A DNA stretch of 64,000 nucleotides, taken from assembly GCA_965115985.1 (NCBI GenBank), contig OZ220474.1, positions 2,974,707 through 3,038,706 on the forward strand. Direction: 5' to 3'. Every line of letters begins with the position of its first letter. The stretch's first letter is position 1. Source of the stretch: Acidimicrobiales bacterium (GTDB lineage: Bacteria > Actinomycetota > Acidimicrobiia > Acidimicrobiales > Bin134). The translations under genes and the position numbers were made by a program. Shown here piece after piece: positions 15,491 to 23,416 of the stretch. The notes beneath the pieces were generated by a model that had not been told where the DNA came from, ran no database searches, and was given only the letters and a program-made list of their open reading frames with translations.

Positions 15491-16496
15491 TCAACGGGGC
15501 CGGGACGACCGGATGATGGATCTGGCGCTGGAGGCGGCTCGCTCCTGTCGGCTCGTCACCTCGCCCAATCCGTGGGTGGGAGCGGTGGTGGACGCCGGCG
15601 GGAAGCAGTTCACCGGGGCCACCTCGCCGCCGGGCGGCAACCATGCGGAGATCAACGCTCTCGGAGCCGCGGGGCCGAGAGCCGAGGGGGCCGATCTCTA
15701 CACCACCCTGGAACCTTGCGATCACCGAAGTCGCACCGGACCCTGCACCGAGGCCATCATCGCCGCGGGGGTTGCTCGGGTGGTGGTGGCGGTCGAGGAT
15801 CCCGACCCGGCGGTCCGGGGGCGGGGCATCTCCGCCCTGCAAAGAGCGGGTATTACCGTAAAGATGGGGGTGCGAGCCACCGATGCCGCCGAGCTGCTCG
15901 CCCCCTACCTCAAGCACCGTCGTACCGGACTTCCCTGGGTGGTGCTGAAGCTGGCCGCATCGCTGGACGGCCGCATCGCTGCTCCCGACACCACCAGCCG
16001 CTGGATCACCGGACCGCAGGCCCGGGCCGACAGCCACCGGTTGCGGGCCGAGAGCGATGCCGTGCTGGTGGGGGCGGGTACCGTGAGAGCCGACGATCCG
16101 GCACTCACCGTGCGTCGCTGGCAACCACCCCCGGGCGTGACCCCCGGCATCGACCAGCCCCTCAGGGTGGTTCTGGGCGTCGCTCCCCCCGGTGCCCGTG
16201 TTCACCCGGCATTGGAGATGGACGGCCCGCTCGAACAGGTGCTTCGGGAGCTGGGGGAGCGGGGCGTGATCCAACTCCTGGTGGAGGGGGGCGCGACCAC
16301 CGCCGCCTCCTTCCACCGAGCCGGCTTGGTGGATCACTACGCCGTCTACCTGGCTCCCGCCCTGTTCGGGGGCGACGACGGCCTTCCCCTGTTCTCCGGT
16401 CCGGGGGTGGCCACCATCTCCGATCTGTGGCGGGGAGAGATCGCCGATGTGTGCCGACTGGGCCCCGACCTGCGCATCGATCTCCGTCCTGGCTGA
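15447..16496 (+). CDS. ribD: Bifunctional riboflavin biosynthesis deaminase/reductase RibD
   Basis: Deaminase zinc motifs HAEINAL and PCDHRSRTGPC. Reductase domain LKLAASLDGRIA...SR.ITG. The start may instead be the MMDLALEAA methionine at 15513. Confidence 0.9.
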   Translation: MGRRDISRPESPPGDQRGRDDRMMDLALEAARSCRLVTSPNPWVGAVVDAGGKQFTGATSPPGGNHAEINALGAAGPRAEGADLYTTLEPCDHRSRTGPCTEAIIAAGVARVVVAVEDPDPAVRGRGISALQRAGITVKMGVRATDAAELLAPYLKHRRTGLPWVVLKLAASLDGRIAAPDTTSRWITGPQARADSHRLRAESDAVLVGAGTVRADDPALTVRRWQPPPGVTPGIDQPLRVVLGVAPPGARVHPALEMDGPLEQVLRELGERGVIQLLVEGGATTAASFHRAGLVDHYAVYLAPALFGGDDGLPLFSGPGVATISDLWRGEIADVCRLGPDLRIDLRPG

Positions 16497-16665
16497 ACCC
16501 GGGTATGGGCTCGACACCGACGAGGACGCGCACCTCGTCGTCACGTCGCATTGATCTCCGTCCCGGCTGAACCCGGGTATGGGTCGCATTGCCCCCAGTC
16601 CCGGCTGAACCCGGGTATGGGTCGCATTGCCCCCAGTCCCGGCTGAACCCGGGTATGGGTCGCAG
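16470..16665 (+). repeat. Repeat array (38-bp unit, 4 copies; first interval 74 bp) copying the ribD stop region
   Basis: ggctgaacccgggtatggg occurs at 16491 (containing the ribD TGA), 16565, 16603 and 16641. The first spacer contains an 8-bp-stem hairpin, cgacgagg-acgcgca-cctcgtcg. Confidence 0.92.
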
Positions 16666-16696
16666 CCCTGAACCGTTGATTCGGTAGCGTGGGGGC

Positions 16697-17572
16697 ATGC
16701 TCTCGTTGGTGCTGCCCAAGGGGTCGTTGGAGAAGGCGACCATGGATCTCTTCGCTGCCGCCGACATTCCGGTAAACCGCAGTTCGGATGTGGCCTACAA
16801 GGGGACGATCGACGACCCCCGGGTTGACCAGGTTCGCATCCTTCGACCCCAGGAGATCCCCCGGTACGTGGCCGATGGGCTGTTCGATCTGGGTATCACC
16901 GGGCGGGACTGGGTGGTGGAGACCGGCAGCGAGGTGGTGTCGTTGGGCGAACTCCGGTACTCGAAGAACACCTCCCGGCCGGTCCGGGTGGTGCTGGCCG
17001 TCCCCGCCGATTCGCCGTGGGACGCCGCCGAGGACCTGCCCCAGGGGGTGAGGATCTCCAGCGAGTATCCCGCCCTGACCAAGCAGTTCTTCGACGGCCT
17101 GGGCATCGAGGCCGACGTCGCCCTGTCCTACGGGGCCACCGAGGCCAAGGCCCCCGACATCGTGGACGCGGTGGTGGACGTCACCGAGACCGGTCGGGCG
17201 TTGCGGGCGGCCGGGCTCAGGATAATCCACACCATCCTCACGTCCTACACCGAGTTGGTGGCCAATCCGATCAGTCACGCCGACTCCGAGCGTCGCCACG
17301 CCATGGAGCAGATCCGAACCCTGTTGAGCGGGGTGCTGGAGGCCAGGGGCAAGGTGCTGGTGAAGATGAACGTGTCGGCCGGCAGTCTGGACAAGGTCAT
17401 CGACCTGCTGCCGTCCATGAAGGCCCCCACGGTGAACGAGCTGTTCGGGGGTCACGGCTACGCGGTGGAGACCGTCGTGCCCAAGACCGACATCAACATC
17501 TTGATTCCCGACCTGCGCGACGCCGGGGCCGGCGACATCATCGAGCTGCCCCTGGCCAAGATCGTCCATTGA
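16697..17572 (+). CDS. hisG: ATP phosphoribosyltransferase, long form
   Basis: 291 aa: LVLPKGSLEKATMDLF, DLGITGRDW, GATEAKAPDIVDAVVDVTETGRALRAAGL. It has the C-terminal regulatory domain. Confidence 0.95.
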   Translation: MLSLVLPKGSLEKATMDLFAAADIPVNRSSDVAYKGTIDDPRVDQVRILRPQEIPRYVADGLFDLGITGRDWVVETGSEVVSLGELRYSKNTSRPVRVVLAVPADSPWDAAEDLPQGVRISSEYPALTKQFFDGLGIEADVALSYGATEAKAPDIVDAVVDVTETGRALRAAGLRIIHTILTSYTELVANPISHADSERRHAMEQIRTLLSGVLEARGKVLVKMNVSAGSLDKVIDLLPSMKAPTVNELFGGHGYAVETVVPKTDINILIPDLRDAGAGDIIELPLAKIVH

Positions 17573-17793
17573 TCCCCACCGGCCCCGGCGTTCTGCTCAC
17601 CGGCAGCGTGACCGGTTTCGACGACGCGACCGGCTGGGGGTGGATCACCATCGGCGACGGCACCGGCTACCCGTTCCACTGCACGGCCATCGCCGGTGGG
17701 ACCCGCACGATCGAGGTCGGCACCGCGGTGGCGTTTTGGCCGTCGCCCGGTCACCGGGGCGCGTGGGAGGCGGCCGGGGTTACTCCTCGCTAG
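17569..17793 (+). CDS. Small cold-shock-domain-like protein
   Basis: The TTG at 17569 overlaps the hisG TGA (TTGA). GSVTGFDDATGWGWITIGDGTGYPFHCTAIAGG...IEVGTAVAF...GHRGAWEAAGV parallels the CspA pattern GxVKWFNxxKGFGFI...FxHxSAI. Confidence 0.55.
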   Translation: MIPTGPGVLLTGSVTGFDDATGWGWITIGDGTGYPFHCTAIAGGTRTIEVGTAVAFWPSPGHRGAWEAAGVTPR

Positions 17794-18220
17794 GTTCCTC
17801 GACGGCCCTGGATACCTGCACGAACACCATGCGGATCTGGTGGAGGGCTTCCTTCAGGGTGGCTTCGTGCTCGCCGAGGCGACCCTCCAGTTCCCCCACC
17901 AGCGCTCCGAGGGCGTCTATGGCCAGCCGGGCCTCCTCCAGGTTGGGCGGCTGCCGGCTGAGGTGGATCGCCCCCAGTTCGTACAGACCCATGGCATGGT
18001 TGCCCACCACCACCGAGGCCGGGGTGCCGGCGATCGCCTCCCGGGCCTCGGCCAACTGCTGGGCCATCTCCTCGGCCTGGGCCCGCTCCTCGTCGCTCAG
18101 CCCGGCCAGGGGATCCTCGGGGGTCTCGGGTTGGGCCCGCGGTGGAGGGGGTGCCGGTTGCTCGCGGCCGCTTCCCACCGGCACTTCGCCTCCTGGTGTC
18201 CACAGTGTGCTTCCCGTCAT
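17780..18220 (-). CDS. Conserved hypothetical protein, DUF1844-like (recalled, not verified)
   Basis: 146 aa with a Pro-rich N-terminus, followed by VVVGNHAMGLYELGAIHL...PPNLEEARLAIDALGALVGELEGRLG. This kind of gene is typically found upstream of infC in actinobacteria. Confidence 0.6.
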   Translation of the reverse strand: MTGSTLWTPGGEVPVGSGREQPAPPPPRAQPETPEDPLAGLSDEERAQAEEMAQQLAEAREAIAGTPASVVVGNHAMGLYELGAIHLSRQPPNLEEARLAIDALGALVGELEGRLGEHEATLKEALHQIRMVFVQVSRAVEEPSEE

Positions 18221-18376
18221 CGTCGGCTCCCTTTTGCCTCGTCTGGCGTGTTTGTCCCCGAACGCTGATATTGTTACCCCGCAACTTCGGTACGCAAGTG
18301 GGGGTGATCCATCCCCGCGTGCCGGCCCCCGTAATCGAGAGAGAGGAACATGCGCATTGCAGAGCGGTGATCAGCC

Positions 18377-18982
18377 ATAGCCTCGGCGGACGCCGAGCCC
18401 CGGATCAACGACCGGATCAGGGCCCGAGAGGTGCGTCTCGTGGCTCAGGACGGACAGCAGGTGGGCATTCGCCTACTGACCGAGGCGTTGGCCATGGCCA
18501 GTGAAGCCGGCCTGGACCTGGTGGAGGTTGCCGAAAAGGCAAACCCGCCCGTGTGCCGGATCATGGACTACGGGAAGTACAAGTACGAGGCCGCCCAGAG
18601 AGCCAAGGAATCCCGAAGAAACAGCACCAACATCATCGTCAAGGAGATGAAGTACCGGCCCAAGATCAGTTCCGGTGACTTCGAGACCAAGACGCGCAAG
18701 GTTCGGAGTTTTCTGGAGGAAGGGCACAAGGTCAAGGTCACGATCATGTTCCGCGGCCGTGAGGTTCAGCATCCCGAGTTGGGTCGTCGCATCCTCGACG
18801 GCATTGAGGAGGAGGTGACCGACGTGGCCAAGGTCGAGGTCTATCCGAGACTGGACGGTCGCAACATGGTCATGGTGCTGGGACCGGCCAAGCGGAAGTC
18901 CCGCAAGCAGGCTGCTCGGTCGGCCCGTCCTCCCGAGGAGGCGGCGGAGGCCGAGGCTGCTCCCCAGAGCGCAGGTAATTGA
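18377..18982 (+). CDS. infC: Translation initiation factor IF-3, probable non-canonical (ATA) start
   Basis: The frame is open only from the stop at 18368-18370. The conserved N-terminus [13 protein letters not shown] lies upstream of the first canonical start (GTG 18431). In-frame ATA 18377 or ATC 18404 is the only way to include it. The rest matches IF-3 ([26 protein letters not shown]). Confidence 0.8.
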   Translation: MASADAEPRINDRIRAREVRLVAQDGQQVGIRLLTEALAMASEAGLDLVEVAEKANPPVCRIMDYGKYKYEAAQRAKESRRNSTNIIVKEMKYRPKISSGDFETKTRKVRSFLEEGHKVKVTIMFRGREVQHPELGRRILDGIEEEVTDVAKVEVYPRLDGRNMVMVLGPAKRKSRKQAARSARPPEEAAEAEAAPQSAGN

Positions 18983-18983
18983 A

Positions 18984-19178
18984 ATGCCCAAGATGAAAAC
19001 CCACCGAGGCGCGGCCAAACGGTTCAGAACCACCGGTTCCGGCAAGATCCGTCGCCGGCGCGCCTACAAGAACCATATCCTTGAGAAGAAGGCCCCCAAG
19101 CGCAAGCGTCAGCTACGCGGTTCCGCCCAGGTGTCGGACGCCGATGCCCCGGCGGTCAAGCGCCAGTTGGGCCTCTAG
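18984..19178 (+). CDS. rpmI: 50S ribosomal protein L35
   Basis: [36 protein letters not shown]. Confidence 0.97.
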   Translation: MPKMKTHRGAAKRFRTTGSGKIRRRRAYKNHILEKKAPKRKRQLRGSAQVSDADAPAVKRQLGL

Positions 19179-19208
19179 TCACGGATTCGAGTCCAGGGAG
19201 AAGACACG

Positions 19209-19679
19209 ATGGCCAGGATCAAGCGCTCCGTTCCCGCCCGTAAGCGCCGCAAGGCGGTTCTCAAGCGGGCCAAGGGGTACTACGGCAACAAGAGCCGGAC
19301 CTTTCGAGCCGCCAACGAGCAGTTGCTGCACAGCGGGCAGTACGCCTTTCGGGATCGCCGGGCTCGCAAGGGTCAGTTCCGCCGCCTGTGGATCCAGCGC
19401 ATCAACGCCGCCTGCCGCCAGAACGGCACCACTTACAGCCGGTTCATCAACGGCCTCAAGCAGGCCGATGTGGAGGTGGACCGCAAGATCCTGGCCGAGT
19501 TGGCGGTCAGCGACCCCGCGGCCTTCGCCGCGCTGGTGGAGGTTGCCCGGGCCGGGGTCGGAGAGGGAACCGGTGCCGAGGCGGCAGTGGCCGAGGAGTC
19601 CGGCCCCGAGGCGGCAGTGGTCGATGAGGCCGACGTTGTAGAAGTCCCCGACGGGGAAGAAACCGTCCCGGTGGGGTAG
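19209..19679 (+). CDS. rplT: 50S ribosomal protein L20 with acidic C-terminal extension
   Basis: [26 protein letters not shown]...[21 protein letters not shown]. It carries roughly 35 extra Ala/Glu/Val-rich residues containing a 30-bp direct repeat (19576 and 19606). Confidence 0.93.
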   Translation: MARIKRSVPARKRRKAVLKRAKGYYGNKSRTFRAANEQLLHSGQYAFRDRRARKGQFRRLWIQRINAACRQNGTTYSRFINGLKQADVEVDRKILAELAVSDPAAFAALVEVARAGVGEGTGAEAAVAEESGPEAAVVDEADVVEVPDGEETVPVG

Positions 19680-19708
19680 CCGAGCTGCTCGGCGCGCGCA
19701 ACCCCCGG

Positions 19709-20407
19709 GTGGCGGAACTGCGCCGCCTGGTGAACCGACATCGTGACCGGGCGGCAACCGGAAAGTTCGTCGTGGACGGCCCCCGGCTTTTGGCCGAGGC
19801 GGTGGACGCGGGGATCGAGCTGGTCGATGTATTCGTCGAGCCGGGGGTCGATCCCGGTGTCACGGTCGACGTCCCCGTCCGGACGGTGGGCCACGGCGTT
19901 CTGGCCAGGGTGGGCTCGGTGGTCACTTCCCAGGGGGTCATGGCCACCGCCCGGATCCCCCGGTTGCCCCCTCCGAAGGACGGCGATTTCGTGGTCGAGC
20001 TGGCTGGGGTGGCCGATCCCGGTAACGCCGGCACCATCGTTCGCAGCGCGGTGGCGGCCGGTGCTCAGGCGGTGGTTTTCGGTCCCGGTTCGGTGGATCC
20101 GTGGAACCCCAAGACGGTGCGGGCCGCGGCCGGTGCCCTGTTCCGAATCCCCCTGACCGTGGCGGCTCCCGTGGGGTGCCGTGTCGGTGCCGACCCCCAT
20201 CGGGGCGATCCCTGCGATCAGGTCGATCTCACCGGCCCCCTCACCCTGGTGGTGGGCAACGAGTCCCACGGCCTCGACCCATCGGCCGCCGATCGCTGGG
20301 TGTCCATTCCCATGTCGGCCTCGGTCGAGTCCCTCAACGTGGCCTCCGCCGCCGCGGTGCTCTGCTTCGAGATCGCCCGCCAGCGCCGCCCATCCATACT
20401 CGATTGA
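19709..20407 (+). CDS. TrmH/SpoU family RNA 2'-O-methyltransferase
   Basis: SpoU motifs: DPGNAGTIVRSA, LVVGNESHGL, IPMSASVESLNVASAAAVLCFE. The upstream in-frame sequence ELLGARNPRVAELRRL suggests the true start may be a non-standard codon before 19709. Confidence 0.88.
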   Translation: MAELRRLVNRHRDRAATGKFVVDGPRLLAEAVDAGIELVDVFVEPGVDPGVTVDVPVRTVGHGVLARVGSVVTSQGVMATARIPRLPPPKDGDFVVELAGVADPGNAGTIVRSAVAAGAQAVVFGPGSVDPWNPKTVRAAAGALFRIPLTVAAPVGCRVGADPHRGDPCDQVDLTGPLTLVVGNESHGLDPSAADRWVSIPMSASVESLNVASAAAVLCFEIARQRRPSILD

Positions 20408-20410
20408 ACC

Positions 20411-20467
20411 GAGTACTGAATACTCCATTCAATGGAGTACTGAATACTCCATTCAATGGAGTCATAC
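20411..20467. repeat. 24-bp x2.3 low-GC tandem repeat, each unit carrying two short dyads
   Basis: gagtactgaatactccattcaatg occurs at 20411 and 20435, with a partial copy at 20459. The dyads are GAGTA-ctgaa-TACTC and CCATT-c-AATGG. It lies between convergent trmH and the Rieske gene. Confidence 0.9.
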
Positions 20468-20500
20468 CCGAGGGGCTCTCGCCGATGGAACCCGGGGGGC

Positions 20501-21892
20501 TCAGCCGACCGCCGGGCCGATGGCGGGGGGTTGGGCTCGGAGGGCTTCGAGTTCGGCGGTGGCTTCGGGGGAGAGTTCGTTGATGCCGATGAACTCCTCC
20601 AGGTTGTAGTGGAGGTTGATGATTCGCATCTCCTCCCGGCTCAGAACGATGTGGTCCAGACCGGGCTGGTGCAGGCCCCGCTGGGCCCGCTGGAGGTTGG
20701 AAAGATCCTGGTCGAACACCAGGTTCAGCGAGGCGTCCTCGGGGGCGATGGTGGCTTGCACCGGTCGGTCCCGGGCGCTCCCCGGTGGGCGGCGGTCGAG
20801 GTGGAGGACGTCCATGAGGGCGTCGTCGGGGGTGGCACCGGGTCGAGCTCGCAGCACGGTGACGCTGTCGCACATAACGATCACGGTGATGTTGGGGAAC
20901 AGGTTGAACTGGAACAGGTCCAGCACCTGGGACTGGTCGAGACCGTCCAGGTCGAGGCCCTTCTCGGCGGTGTGGGTTCTTAACAAGGTCTCGAGCACGT
21001 CCCGCACGCTGCCCCCCTCGGGGATCGGGGGACACGGCCCCGGGTTGGCGGAGTCCTGGCCGTAGCGGGCCCCCTGGGTGGTGATGATGGAGTCCCAGAT
21101 CTGCTGATCGGTGGCCCCGTCGCGCAGGCGGGGACTGGGCACCCCGTAGGGCTGGTGCAGTGATCCGTGCCGGCCGTACAAGCGGTTCACCGAGTTGACG
21201 TCGTCGCAGCTCGGCAGCATCTCCCGGTGTATGCCCTGCACGTGGTAGGTCTCGCTGAACGCCTCGATGAGCGTCTTCCAGTTGCACGGCAGCGGCACGG
21301 TCAGGTCGTAGGTGCAGGCGTACTCGTCCAGGTGGGCCCATTCCAGCAGGTCGGGGACGGCCTCCAGATATTCGTCCAGCGGCTCGGTGTTCGGGTCGAG
21401 GTTCACGAACACCATCGGCCCCCAGGTGGCCACCTGCACCGGAAAAAGAGGGTAGTCGTCGTTGCGGAGCGCTCCGAAGCCCCGACGCGACGGTACTTCT
21501 CGCAGTCGGCCGTCCAACGTCCACGACCACCGGTGGTAGATGCACCGCAACTCGCTCAGCCCCGATCCCGACCCGGTACACAGCACGTTGCCCCGGTGGC
21601 GGCACACGTTCTGAAATCCCCGCAGGACGCCGTCCTCGTCCCGCACCACCAGCACCGACAGCTTGCCCACCGAGTATTCGAACCAGTCGCCCGGCGAGGG
21701 CACGTGGTCCACGGTGCAGGCCAACTGCCAGACCCGGGGCCACACGTGGGCCATCTCCAACTCGGCCCACTCCGGGGAGATGTACCGGTGGGTGGGCACC
21801 CGAACCGGCGTGCGCCGGGGCGGGACCGCGCCGATGGCGGTACCCACCGGGGCGTCATTGGTCAGCTCGGGTCCGATCTCGACCGTGGTCAT
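20501..21892 (-). CDS. Rieske [2Fe-2S] non-heme iron oxygenase, alpha subunit
   Basis: The exact Rieske motif C-x-H-x17-C-x2-H is present in CRHRGNVLCTGSGSGLSELRCIYHRW. It is followed by a catalytic domain (SETYHVQGIHRE). Confidence 0.9.
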   Translation of the reverse strand: MTTVEIGPELTNDAPVGTAIGAVPPRRTPVRVPTHRYISPEWAELEMAHVWPRVWQLACTVDHVPSPGDWFEYSVGKLSVLVVRDEDGVLRGFQNVCRHRGNVLCTGSGSGLSELRCIYHRWSWTLDGRLREVPSRRGFGALRNDDYPLFPVQVATWGPMVFVNLDPNTEPLDEYLEAVPDLLEWAHLDEYACTYDLTVPLPCNWKTLIEAFSETYHVQGIHREMLPSCDDVNSVNRLYGRHGSLHQPYGVPSPRLRDGATDQQIWDSIITTQGARYGQDSANPGPCPPIPEGGSVRDVLETLLRTHTAEKGLDLDGLDQSQVLDLFQFNLFPNITVIVMCDSVTVLRARPGATPDDALMDVLHLDRRPPGSARDRPVQATIAPEDASLNLVFDQDLSNLQRAQRGLHQPGLDHIVLSREEMRIINLHYNLEEFIGINELSPEATAELEALRAQPPAIGPAVG

Positions 21893-22052
21893 ACCCGGGC
21901 CTCCCCCGGGGCGACGGGCGGAGTCGGCGGGCGGCCCTCCCCCGGGGCCGCGATCAGAGCCGGCGGGGGCTGGGGGTGCGGGGCGGTTTTCATGGCTGAA
22001 CAGTAGTGGTAGCCACCGGCAGGGTGTCGGGGTTACCTAGGCTTGAGCGGGT

Positions 22053-23198
22053 ATGAGCTGGGTGGAGGGGATCGTGTTCACGGTGGGGGCGCTGATCTCC
22101 CTGGGCACGCTGCTGGCCGCGGTCCGAACGGTTGTGGTTCCCCGAGCCGAGCGGAGCCTGCTGATCCGTTTCGTCTACGTCGGCGTGGGGTTGCTGTTCT
22201 CGTTGCTGGCCCGGCACCGCAAGTCCTACGAGTCGCGGGACACGCTTCTGGCCCGCTACGCCTCGACCACGCTGATGATGCTGCCGTTCGTGTGGGCCAC
22301 CGGGATCGTCTACGGGTTCTCGCTCATGTTCTGGGCCAACGGTGTGCGCCCGTACCGGGAGTCCTTGATGTTGAGCGGGTCTTCGCTGGCCACGTTGGGT
22401 TTCCGGGAGAAGAACGACCTGGTGAGCCTGATGCTGGCCATAATCGAGGCGCTCATAGGCCTGGGCATCGTGGCGCTTTTGATCAGCTTTCTTCCCGCCA
22501 TGTACAGCGCGTTCAGTTCTCGGGAGGCCGCGGTCGCCCGACTCGAGGTCAGGGCCGGCACCCCCCCGACGCCGGAGGCCATGATCATTCTGGCTCACAA
22601 GCACGGGGCCCTGGAGTCCATGGGCGATACCTGGACCGAGTGGGAGCACTGGTTCATCCAGATCGAGGAGACCCATCAGATCTTCCCGGCGCTGTCCTTC
22701 TTCCGGTCGGTCCGCTCCGACCGATCGTGGGTCGTCGCCGCCGGTGCCGTCCTGGACACCGCGGCCATCATGTTGTCCACGGTGGCGGTACCTCACTCGC
22801 CGACGGTGCCGTTCATGATCCGGTCGGGTTATATGGCCCTGCGGCACATCGCCGACTTCCTCGGTATCGACTACGACCCCGATCCGCGGCCCACCGACCC
22901 GATCACCGTGCGCCGCCACGAGTTCCACAAAACCTACGAGACGTTGAAAAACGCCGGGGTGCCGGTGGTGGAGGATCGTGACCAGGCGTGGCGTGACTTC
23001 GCCGGTTGGCGGGTCAACTACGACGATTGTCTGGTAGGGCTGGCCTCGATCACCTCGGCCCCACCGGGCAAGTGGAGCAGCGACCGTCCGTCCCCCTACC
23101 ACCGACTGCCATTGCTCCACCGCCCCCGACACCGCCCCCGGACTCCCCTGTTGCGCCAACTCCTGCGCCGATCCGACGATTCGGCGAGGCGGCGGTGA
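22053..23198 (+). CDS. Membrane protein with possible 2-TM pore-loop (ion-channel-like) N-terminal half and cytosolic C-terminal domain
   Basis: The layout is TM - SGSSLATLGFRE - TM (LVSLMLAIIEALIGLGIVALLISFL), which resembles a K+-channel pore helix, filter and inner helix. The function is not established. The stop TGA 23196-23198 lies in the first unit of the downstream 37-bp array. Confidence 0.7.
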   Translation: MSWVEGIVFTVGALISLGTLLAAVRTVVVPRAERSLLIRFVYVGVGLLFSLLARHRKSYESRDTLLARYASTTLMMLPFVWATGIVYGFSLMFWANGVRPYRESLMLSGSSLATLGFREKNDLVSLMLAIIEALIGLGIVALLISFLPAMYSAFSSREAAVARLEVRAGTPPTPEAMIILAHKHGALESMGDTWTEWEHWFIQIEETHQIFPALSFFRSVRSDRSWVVAAGAVLDTAAIMLSTVAVPHSPTVPFMIRSGYMALRHIADFLGIDYDPDPRPTDPITVRRHEFHKTYETLKNAGVPVVEDRDQAWRDFAGWRVNYDDCLVGLASITSAPPGKWSSDRPSPYHRLPLLHRPRHRPRTPLLRQLLRRSDDSARRR

Positions 23199-23393
23199 TT
23201 TCGTGGGAGCGTGCGGTTCGGCGAGGCGGCGGTGATTTCGTGGGAGCGTGCGGTTCGGCGAGGCGGCGGTGATTTCGTGGGAGCGTGCGGTTCGGCGAGG
23301 CGGCGGTGATTTCGTGGGAGCGTGCGGTTCGGCGAGGCGGCGGTGATTTCGTGGGAGCGTGCGGTTCGGCGAGGCGGCGGTGATTTCTTCGGG
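23180..23393. repeat. 37-bp x5.6 tandem repeat starting at the stop codon of the preceding gene
   Basis: ttcggcgaggcggcggtgatttcgtgggagcgtgcgg starts at 23180, 23217, 23254, 23291, 23328 and 23365. The full copies are identical. Confidence 0.95.
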
Positions 23394-23416
23394 ATGTCGG
23401 CACCGATGAAGCTGGC

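Noticed and set aside
15345-15520. FMN (RFN) riboswitch upstream of ribD
   Set aside because: The leader is only about 100 nt and consists of a 65-bp tandem duplication. I could not find the conserved RFN core helices by eye. This still needs covariance-model confirmation.
23180-23393. Possibility that the regularly spaced repeats (here and at 13249, 34423, 38799 and elsewhere) are CRISPR arrays
   Set aside because: The units abut directly with no unique spacers between them. The periods are 17-75 bp in total, and no cas genes are present in the window.
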